This document shows positions 24,689 through 33,000 of a DNA stretch of 64,000 nt, in pieces; within the stretch, counting starts at the first letter, position 1, and every line of letters starts with the position of its first letter. The position numbers were made by a program, and so were the translations under genes. This stretch comes from a virus, in the IMG/VR virus record IMGVR_UViG_3300046513_000134, positions 1 to 64,000 of that record; one strand, given 5' to 3'. The notes below the pieces were generated by a model. It ran no database searches, was not told the origin of the DNA, and was given only the letters and a program-made list of their open reading frames with translations.

Positions 24689-25398
24689 CGACGTTCACAA
24701 TTCTCTTTGTTGGTGGCTAGGGTGGCTTCGACCCCGCAGTGGGTGCAGACCGCAACTGAGGAACCGGTAATGACGTTGCCCGTGGTCCTGACGCCCCAGA
24801 TATGGGGCTTGCGACCGAGGTGGGCGATATGGTTATGCTCTGTCTGCGCGTCCCGCCATGAGGCTGGGAATTTGTTGGCGACCATCCCGTCTGATATTCC
24901 TCTGACCATCAGGGCCACGGCGCTCTCGGCATCAACCTCACCACAGCCGGTGCCCATACCGGTGAACAGGATGGACCTGATCTTGATTTTCCGGGTCACC
25001 CGGATGGCAGCCCGGGCCGCGAGGTAGATGGCCGTGGGGTCCACGATCTTGGTGGGGACCCGCATGGTCGGGGCCGAGATCAGCCACCGCCAGATAGGGT
25101 GTTCGGTGTATACGAAGTGGGCCTGACCGACGAGGAGTTCACCGTCGAAGTTGTGTTGGATGGCCGACTGCAGTCGCTGCATGATGTGCCAGCCGAGCTG
25201 GTCACTGATCCGGTAATCGACGTTGCCGTCCATGAAGCCGAAGGAGTTGGCCGGGGAAACGACGGCCTCAGCCTCGACGCTGAAGAGATCCCCGTGGGTC
25301 CCTCCGCCGCCCATCTTCTGGTTCCACGCATCAACGACGCGTTTGTCTGTGTCTGCTAGAAAGATCTGCACTTGAGCAATCCCGCTATGCGGTTCCAC
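24685..25398 (-). CDS. Macro domain (ADP-ribose binding/hydrolase) protein
   Basis: GDL..VEAEAVVSPANSFGFMDG.VD, LISAPTMRVP, FTGMGTGCG. Confidence 0.9.
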   Translation of the reverse strand: MEPHSGIAQVQIFLADTDKRVVDAWNQKMGGGGTHGDLFSVEAEAVVSPANSFGFMDGNVDYRISDQLGWHIMQRLQSAIQHNFDGELLVGQAHFVYTEHPIWRWLISAPTMRVPTKIVDPTAIYLAARAAIRVTRKIKIRSILFTGMGTGCGEVDAESAVALMVRGISDGMVANKFPASWRDAQTEHNHIAHLGRKPHIWGVRTTGNVITGSSVAVCTHCGVEATLATNKENCERR

Positions 25399-25477
25399 AC
25401 CTTGTGGAGTTCGCGTTCATTCTCTTCGAACTCTTCGATCATCGCCTTCAGGACAATGATCCGTTGTTGCCGCTCAG

Positions 25478-25807
25478 TCATGGCTCGTACCCCGCAGCCT
25501 TGGCTTTGGCGAGGGCGGCGTCGATCAGCTCACGGCACGCCAGTGCGTTATCCTCGTGCCATCTGTTTTTGGGCTCTACCCACGTCCTAGCTGACCCCAG
25601 CGCCGCCACCAGTTCGCGGATCAGGGCGTCCTTGGCGACGTCATTTGCGACCGCCTCCTCGGCCATTTGGCACCAGAAGCGCCATAGGTTACCTCCGCTA
25701 GTCAGCCCGTGCTCGATCTCGATGCTGTCGAGCGCCCGCTCCAGTTCTACGATGCGGGCATCCTTTTCTTCGTGCGTCATCGGTCTTGAATTTTCAGGGA
25801 CAGTCAT
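25478..25807 (-). CDS. Hypothetical protein
   Basis: GNLWRFW; DAALAKA phage-type tail. Confidence 0.65.
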   Translation of the reverse strand: MTVPENSRPMTHEEKDARIVELERALDSIEIEHGLTSGGNLWRFWCQMAEEAVANDVAKDALIRELVAALGSARTWVEPKNRWHEDNALACRELIDAALAKAKAAGYEP

Positions 25808-26016
25808 GGCTGTTTCTCCGTCACCCGGATGAGGCCGTACTGCTTCGGCATGAAGGTCCCGTTGACCTGCTGCTGCGCCCATCCCGCGTCGAGATCATAG
25901 GCGATGCAGTTGGGCAGATGTGTGTCGTCAAGGAAGACCTTGTCTACCTTGGCGATCGCCTGCTTGTTGTAGAACGGCGAGAGATGCGATGAGGATAGTC
26001 GGCGTGGCAGTCCCAT
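25804..26016 (-). CDS. Hypothetical protein
   Basis: Coupled ORF. Confidence 0.6.
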   Translation of the reverse strand: MGLPRRLSSSHLSPFYNKQAIAKVDKVFLDDTHLPNCIAYDLDAGWAQQQVNGTFMPKQYGLIRVTEKQP

Positions 26017-26022
26017 TGGTTC

Positions 26023-26295
26023 CTACTTGTCGTTGGCCGGCGTGCGGGGTGCTTCCGGTTTCTTTCCAGCGGTCAACTCAATGATGAAGTAGGTGAACCA
26101 CGCGACGAACAGACCGCCAAACTTTGCCCCAACCCCTTCCATCCAGAAGATGTTGTAAGCACAGACCATTCCGAACAGGCCAAGGGTCATCCACATCGCT
26201 GCCTTGAAGCAGCCCCGCCCTTCCGGCGTCATGGGTGATAGTTCGTACTTTCGTTCCTTGACGCCCTTGCCGATTTCCCGTTCACGAATGATCAT
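26023..26295 (-). CDS. Membrane protein (2 TM)
   Basis: AGGAGG SD; two hydrophobic segments. Confidence 0.7.
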   Translation of the reverse strand: MIIREREIGKGVKERKYELSPMTPEGRGCFKAAMWMTLGLFGMVCAYNIFWMEGVGAKFGGLFVAWFTYFIIELTAGKKPEAPRTPANDK

Positions 26296-26475
26296 TTTGG
26301 CCTCCTAGCCGGGGTTACGCCGCCTCCACTCCTTGGTTGGTCGGTGTTGTTGATCTGGTCAGAATATCCCGTGGAAACCGCTATGTGTCCAGAGGTAAAA
26401 TCAACCACTGAGAGCCTTGAGAAATCCGGCCCACCAAGGGGGTGGCAGTGGGCCGGTAATCTCAATGGCTACCGT

Positions 26476-27168
26476 TTAGTAGCCGCGAGATCCTTGTGAC
26501 CCACCGTTGTTCTTGGGTCCGTTACCGTTGTTGCCGGTGCCGTGGTTGCCGCCGCCTTGGCCGGGATTGGACGGGTCGGTGTTGTCGGGATCGTTACCGT
26601 GTCCGTTGTCGTCGTGACCATCCTTTGGCCCGCCAGTATCGTCGTCATCGCCACTAGGGTCGCTAGGATTGTCCCCCGAACCGTGGTGCCCATGGTGACC
26701 AGAATGACCGTGCCCGCCGTGATTGCCGTGATGAGAATGACCACCGCCATGGTGTCCTCCGTGATGCCCGCCCGGGTTCTCTGGACCTGTCGGGTCAGTT
26801 GGGTCTGCCGGGTCCGTAGGATCAGACGGATCTGTCGGGCCGGTAGGGTCGGTGCCGTGATCGTCAGGCGTGCCTCCGGGGTTGCCGGGGTTAGACGGTT
26901 CAGACGGCGTGGTTGGCGACGACGGCTGGCTCGGGTTGGATGAAGGGCTATCATCCTTGCCGCCATTGCTGGCCGGGGTGGAGGGAGATGATGGCTTGGA
27001 CGGCGCTGTCGCGGTCGCCGCACGACGATCCGGTCGGCTGCTGTCGCAATGGGTAGCCCTGAAGCCCCATGCGTTCACGCGGTCGTTGCAGGAGTAGTCG
27101 GCTGCGGCTGCCATCATAGTGGACGCCAGCAGGGAGGCGCTGGCCAATGCAAGCACTTTCACGTTCAT
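26476..27168 (-). CDS. Exported low-complexity protein with Pro/Ser, DPT repeats and a His/Gly tract
   Basis: Signal peptide MNVKVLALASASLLASTMMAAAA; (DPT)n; GGHHGGHHGGGHSHHGNH; DNGHGNDPDNTDPSNPG. Confidence 0.8.
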   Translation of the reverse strand: MNVKVLALASASLLASTMMAAAADYSCNDRVNAWGFRATHCDSSRPDRRAATATAPSKPSSPSTPASNGGKDDSPSSNPSQPSSPTTPSEPSNPGNPGGTPDDHGTDPTGPTDPSDPTDPADPTDPTGPENPGGHHGGHHGGGHSHHGNHGGHGHSGHHGHHGSGDNPSDPSGDDDDTGGPKDGHDDNGHGNDPDNTDPSNPGQGGGNHGTGNNGNGPKNNGGSQGSRGY

Positions 27169-27305
27169 GAGGTCTAACTTTCCTTTCGGGGATGCGGCTC
27201 CAAATAGCCGGATAAGGGTACAATCCCTTGTCGAGCCATTTGTGTTCCCCCGATAGATCAAAAGTATCGGGGGAGCAACGTCATTTCAAAGGATTTCTAT
27301 ACGAC

Positions 27306-27893
27306 CTATAGTGGATCTTCGTAGCGGGCCAGCGCCACTTCAATCCGGTAGAGCATGGTCTTTGTTACCGGCTCGGTAGGGCGCATCCTGACGAGCTGGT
27401 AGACCTCGGCCAGCAGCCCATAAACCCCCGTGATGGTCTCCCACGCTGCATAGGGGTCATCAGGCTCCCCGACCATCGTGGCGATCTTCTTCAGTTCACC
27501 CTCGGCCGTGTCCTCGTGCGCCTTATCGACCATCATGTTGGAGAGCTTGCTGATGGATTTCTCCAGTGAGGTGGCGATGTCGTCCCATTCCCGGAGCTTC
27601 GGGTCCCCCGTATCGGGCTCTGGCGCGCTCTGGAGAGGTTCTTGTGATTGGGATGGGTCCCAGATCGAATTGGCATGTCTGCGCGTGTCCTCGTGTTCCG
27701 TAGACCATGAAGCCAGACGGGCGCTCCGCCATTGCTGTTTCTCGGCGTCGGACCACGTGCGGCCTGACTTGGTCTCGAAGTCGATTGCCACGACCCCAGC
27801 CTCATAGCCCCGGATGAAGGCGACCTTCGCGTCGTTCGTAGGCCGGCCGGCGAACATGTCGGCCAGTTCCTGTTTGGCGTAGTCTGACATCAT
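27306..27893 (-). CDS. Hypothetical protein
   Basis: Coupled to the galE-like gene. Confidence 0.7.
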   Translation of the reverse strand: MMSDYAKQELADMFAGRPTNDAKVAFIRGYEAGVVAIDFETKSGRTWSDAEKQQWRSARLASWSTEHEDTRRHANSIWDPSQSQEPLQSAPEPDTGDPKLREWDDIATSLEKSISKLSNMMVDKAHEDTAEGELKKIATMVGEPDDPYAAWETITGVYGLLAEVYQLVRMRPTEPVTKTMLYRIEVALARYEDPL

Positions 27894-28876
27894 CAGATTT
27901 GCTCCCAATACTTCGAGCGTTCCCACTCGATCTGTGACCGCATGATTTCCTCAATGCTGGACTGGAGCGGCTTCCAGCCCGTGAGGTTGTGAAGGGTGCT
28001 GCCGCCAGACACCATGTAGTCCACGTCGCCCGCACGCCGGTCGAACGCCTTGATCGGCAGTGGCTTGCCGGTGATCTTCTCGGTGACGGTGATCAGGTCG
28101 TTGATGCTGTTGGGCGTCATGGCGGCGACGTTTGAGGTGAACTTGCCGCCCCGGTCCCGGCAATAGCGATAGCTCTCGACCACGGCGTCAGCCACGTCGA
28201 TCACATGGATATAGTCCCGAGTAGAGTGGCCGTCGCCATACAGGTTGAGGCTGTTGTCCCACCCGGCCGCGACCGACGCGATCCGCTTGGTGATGTTGCC
28301 TGCCATTCGGTTGTAGGGGCCGAGCTTCGAGCCGTTGGCCCCGCCGACGTTGAAGAACCGCAGGTTGGCATAGCAGAAGCCTTGGTGGGCGTTGGCGAAG
28401 TCCCTGACCAGTTGTTCTGCCATCAGCTTCGACCAGCCATAGGGCGAGGACGGGGAGAGCGCGGGGGCACCGGGATCTTGGCCCCAGAAGTCGTGGCCCA
28501 CGGTCTGGTTACCATAGACGGCAGCCGAGGAGGCGAGGACGAAGTTGGCCACCCCAAACTCGTAGCCCACGTGCAGCAGGTTGGAGGTCGAGACGACGTT
28601 GGTGTTGTAATAGGCCAACGGGTCCTTGAAGCTTTCCGGGACCGAGATCTTCGCCCCGAGATGGATGACCGTGCTGATCTGGTAGCTGCTGAACACGTCG
28701 TGCAGCACGTCGCGATCGAGCATGTCGTAGTGGTAGACCTCGGCCTTGCCCGGCATCGAGCGCCGGTAGCCCGACGAGAAGTCGTCCAGAATGACCACGA
28801 CGTGGCCCTCGTCAATCAGTTGGCGGACCACGAAGCTGCCGATGTAGCCAGCGCCGCCTGTTACCAGTATTGCCAT
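27893..28876 (-). CDS. galE: UDP-glucose 4-epimerase (GalE-like)
   Basis: ILVTGGAGYIGS, SVPESFKDPLAYYNTN, ASSAAVYG, PYGWSK, LRFFNVGGA, RDYIHV, RRAGD. Confidence 0.88.
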   Translation of the reverse strand: MAILVTGGAGYIGSFVVRQLIDEGHVVVILDDFSSGYRRSMPGKAEVYHYDMLDRDVLHDVFSSYQISTVIHLGAKISVPESFKDPLAYYNTNVVSTSNLLHVGYEFGVANFVLASSAAVYGNQTVGHDFWGQDPGAPALSPSSPYGWSKLMAEQLVRDFANAHQGFCYANLRFFNVGGANGSKLGPYNRMAGNITKRIASVAAGWDNSLNLYGDGHSTRDYIHVIDVADAVVESYRYCRDRGGKFTSNVAAMTPNSINDLITVTEKITGKPLPIKAFDRRAGDVDYMVSGGSTLHNLTGWKPLQSSIEEIMRSQIEWERSKYWEQI

Positions 28877-28877
28877 G

Positions 28878-29102
28878 TCATTCCTCTTGTTTTGGGAGCC
28901 CGCGCACGAGCCCCTTGTAACGTTCTTCGTAACGGCTGCGGGGTGGAGGTACCTCACCATCCAGCATCTTTTTCAGTTTGGCATGGACCTCGCGGATTTC
29001 GATGCTCTCGGTTCCGCTCTGGGCTCTGCGCTTCAGGTCTTTCCTAAACTTCTCGATTTTGTTGTATAGCTCTGCCATGTCTCGCATCCTCGCGTTGAAC
29101 AC
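28878..29102 (-). CDS. Hypothetical protein
   Basis: Adjacent to the galE start; 5' end unclear. Confidence 0.5.
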   Translation of the reverse strand: MFNARMRDMAELYNKIEKFRKDLKRRAQSGTESIEIREVHAKLKKMLDGEVPPPRSRYEERYKGLVRGLPKQEE

Positions 29103-29346
29103 ATCATGTGCGTAACGCGTATAAGTCCCAGCTTGTTCATTAAGCCGGCATAGTCAGGGTTGGGAAAACTTTGCGGAACATTAACGCCTCCGTGCGTATG
29201 ATGACCTGTCTATAAATGATTGTCCCCCAAATACAACCGGGGAACAAGAGGTCGGTGCAATAAATTGCACGCAAAGAAAAGGTGGGAAAAGCGCCAACTC
29301 CCCTCCCACCATGTCACGTTGCTGGTTGGACCCAGCCGCGTGGCAT

Positions 29347-29535
29347 TCAGATTTCGCGGATCGACAGGACCTCGACACCGAATTCGTCACAGACCTTGGC
29401 GTGGGTCGAGACGGGCATCTTGCCTTTGAAGATCGTCTCCATCAGCACCAGCCCGAGTTCACCCTTGCGGGGGCCGAACAGCTTCTTGCCCTCCGTCTTG
29501 GAGACGTCGATTTCGAGTTCCACTTTGAGCTTCAT
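29347..29535 (-). CDS. Hypothetical protein
   Basis: Start MKLKVE; coupled. Confidence 0.6.
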   Translation of the reverse strand: MKLKVELEIDVSKTEGKKLFGPRKGELGLVLMETIFKGKMPVSTHAKVCDEFGVEVLSIREI

Positions 29536-29777
29536 TCCACGTACCCCATGTTGCGCAGCATCTTGGCTACGAGGTTCCATACCGTATTGGTCTCGCGGTC
29601 ATGGTTCTTGACCTTGCCCTCGATCGCCGTGTGGACGAAGGCCGGGGCTGCCATCAGCTTGCCATCGTAGCTGATGACGTTGCCCTCGGTGGCAGTGCCG
29701 TCCGCCTCGATCCGCAGCTCCGCGAGTTTGACTGTCTTCTTGTTGAACGTCTTGCGCTCGATGGTCACGATGATCAT
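29532..29777 (-). CDS. Hypothetical protein
   Basis: Start MIIVTIE; coupled. Confidence 0.65.
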   Translation of the reverse strand: MIIVTIERKTFNKKTVKLAELRIEADGTATEGNVISYDGKLMAAPAFVHTAIEGKVKNHDRETNTVWNLVAKMLRNMGYVE

Positions 29778-29959
29778 GCCGGGACCACCCGGAACATGTC
29801 TTCCTGCCTCGGATACCATTTGCGGATGAAGCGTTCCGCGACTTCCCGGTTGGGGAACTCGTATGGCTTCTCCCCGGTCGGGTGAACCTTGCGCCATTCC
29901 CGCAGCGGGCCGCGATCATGGTTGCCGGGGGTGACGAGTTCGACTTCGACGTGGAACAT
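29774..29959 (-). CDS. Hypothetical protein
   Basis: GAGG SD; coupled. Confidence 0.6.
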   Translation of the reverse strand: MFHVEVELVTPGNHDRGPLREWRKVHPTGEKPYEFPNREVAERFIRKWYPRQEDMFRVVPA

Positions 29960-30047
29960 TCCTCTACTCCGTTAGAGGTGAGTGAATTGATGTCTTTTCT
30001 TCCCATAGGTGCGACAGGTTTTCAAGGGGTCAGTGCCGCTGGTCCCC

Positions 30048-33000
30048 TCAATAAACAGTCAGCTTCCGTACGATCCATGCGATGCCGTTCCAGACCTTCA
30101 ACGGGTAAATCCGCCATTCTGTTCCGGTCCAGACCTTGACGAGTGGCCCGACAAACTCCCCGAACTGGGCGCTGATCCAGAAGTAGATCGTCGTGGTCAC
30201 GTTCAGCGTCTTGGCCATGGCCTTGGTGGCCGTGACCCCGATGCCGGCGAGGACGGCTATAGGCTTGCTCAGAGCCTTCTTCAGGGCGACCGTCGTGCCC
30301 ACGGTGAGGTTGACGACGACCTGTTTGACCTTGATCCCAGAAGCGACGACCGTCCCCGTCAGGGTCATGGCGACCAGCTTGGCGATCAGCTTGAGGTTGG
30401 CGACCGATACCCCGATGTTGATGTTGGCCGTGGTGCGGGCCTGCTTGAGGGCGATCACGGCCGAGGCTGCTGCAATTGTCACAGTGTTTCTGGATTGCTT
30501 GATCAGTGTGACAGAGGGGCTGCAGGCGATGCTGACCGTCTTCAGGAACACCCGGATGGCGTTGGCGGTCTCGGTGACGGTTGCGCTGACGCTGACCTGC
30601 TTGGCCGCCTGCTTGGCCGAAGTTACCGCAGCCGTGGCCGTGGCATATACTTTCGTGCCGATCTGCTTGGAAGTCGTGATCACCGAGGTGGCCGCAATCG
30701 CCAAAGTCGGGCGAGCCTGCTTGCTGAGGCTGAGCGTGGCCGTTGCCGAGATTGCCACGGTCTTGAGGAACACCCTGATGGCGGCTGCCGTCTGGGTGAG
30801 CGCCGAGGTGAGGCTGACGCTCTTGGCGATTGCCTTCAGGGTCGTGATGGTTGCTGTGGTGGCGACGGTCAGTTTCGTGCCGACCTGTTTACCAACCGTG
30901 ACCGTGGAAGTGGCGGTGATCGCGAGGGTCTTCAGGAAAGCCCGGGAGGCGGCCGTGACGACCGTTCCGAGGGCAGTGATAGCCAAGGCCCGGTTCACCC
31001 TCTTCACGGCGCTGACGACGCTGCTGGCGGCGATAGCGAGAAGGCGGCTTGGTTGCTTGACGTTCGTGACCGTGGGGTTGGCCGTAAGGGTGATGGTCTT
31101 GCCGGCACGCTTGCTGAGGGCAATCGTCAGGGCAGCAGCGATGCTGACCGCCTGATCGAAGGTGGTGCTGCCGCCGCCTGCGTCGAGCAGCATAGGAGGG
31201 GCACTCTTGTAAGTATGGCCGCTGGGTAGCGACCCTTCGAGGCCGTTGTTCCAAGCGATGTACCCTTCGACAAAGGCGATGTCGTCGGCCGTCATGATCC
31301 CGAAGACCACGACCAGTTCGGCGTAGCGGGCCGTGGCATACCCTTCGCTGAAGGCGGCCGTGCCGAAGCCAAGGCGATCGATGTACGGCGTGTTGATCCC
31401 TGCACTGGCGGTACTGCCGGGTGTACCGTTATAAGCCGACCGGGCATGGGTGCTGTCGGTGGCGTAGCCTTCGAACAGAGCGGGGGTATCGGGCGTGTAG
31501 GCTATCGGCGCGCGGTTGAAGTCGTAGAAGTATTCGAACGTGTCGGTCCCGAAGTTCCAGATCGGGCCGCAGCCGCTGGTCGTGCCGAAGGCGTCATGTC
31601 CCCCCGGGGTGATAGCCGAGACGATGCGCAGGTTCGCGCCAGAGGCAAGCCGCAGGACGGCAAAGGCGTTGACCGGGACACCTGCCGGATAGACCATACC
31701 AGCCGCAGTGCGGAACGCCCCTGCCGCCGCGCTGTCCACGGTCGGGATGCCGGTGCCGAGGCCGGTGGCGTTGTAAGTGAGCGTGCCTTCCTTGACCAGC
31801 GTGCGGCCGTGGCCGGAGCGGTCGGTCCAGTTGGTGATCGCCGTACCGTTGTAGAAGTCCGAGCCGGGGGTAACGAAGCCATCCGGGTCAACCGAACGGT
31901 ACCAGCCTTCGAGGGTCACGGCGCTGCTGGAGAACCCGTCTGTGGGCTTCTTCAGGGCAGGTGCAAAGACGACGCCGATATAGATGCCCGGGTAATCGGG
32001 ATCGACCAGTTCTTGGTCGGTGAGGTCTGTGGACGTCGCCTTCTTGTAGACCAGAGCGTTTGCTGCGATCTGGAAGTATTCGTCGGGCTCGATCGCCGTG
32101 TAGTCGGCCCAGATCGGCTCGCGCCGGAACAGGAAGTCGAAGTCGCCAACCGAAGTCTTGGTCTTCAGGTTGACCAGCGGGGGTTCGCCAAAAGTCTCGG
32201 CATTAAAGATCAGCGTTCCGATGGCGACGCCAGATGCCGGGATGTCGAATGTCAGCGACGTGCCGTCGATGCCAAGCGGGGGATGGATCAGGCCAACCTG
32301 CGTCGGGACGAGGGCAACGCCCTTCAGGACGTGCGTCGATGTCACGCCCCAAACGTGAACGTCCCCCGGGTCGTCGGCGCAACTGATGGTGAGCGAACCG
32401 TCGCTGTTCGGGGTGTCGAGGGGCAGGACGTCGTTGGTATCAATCGGGGCCGTCAGAATGTAGATGCCGGTGCTGGCATCGATTGCGGTCGCGATGAACG
32501 GTACGTTGCTGGCGAGGTTTGTTGTTCTATAAGTGAAACCGCTAGCGCCAGTGACCGTGGATGTTACGGCCCTGATGATGATGGCAACGATACGGCCTTC
32601 AAACTCCGGCCCGACCTCTACATTGCGCTCGTCAACGTCCAAGGCCTCGTTGGCGGGCGTGTTATTGGAGTAGGTGACGGTAATGCCGTTTACCTTGGAC
32701 CCCCGCGGGTTCGGGTAGTGCAGGCCCTTGGCGACGTAGAAGTAGTCATCGTCGTCGGCATACTCATAAAAGAACTGGTAGTAGGCATTGGCGTAGTTGC
32801 CAGCGGTCGCGCCGAGAGCCTGATCGAACGTCGGGAAGTCGTCAGGGACGCCGACATTCGGGGTGCCGTGGTAGAGGGCGTATTTGACGCCAGACGCTGT
32901 GCCAGTCTCGGTGACGTCGGTCCAGAAGTCGTAGGGGGACGTTGTCAGATCCGCGAGCGCTGCGTCGGTCAGGATTATGCCGGCCCGGTGCGCATTTCTA

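Noticed and set aside
29040-29190. Programmed frameshift joining a 13-codon ORF (29140-29181) to 28878-29102
   Set aside because: No clear slippery site or stimulator; decay or a sequencing error is equally likely
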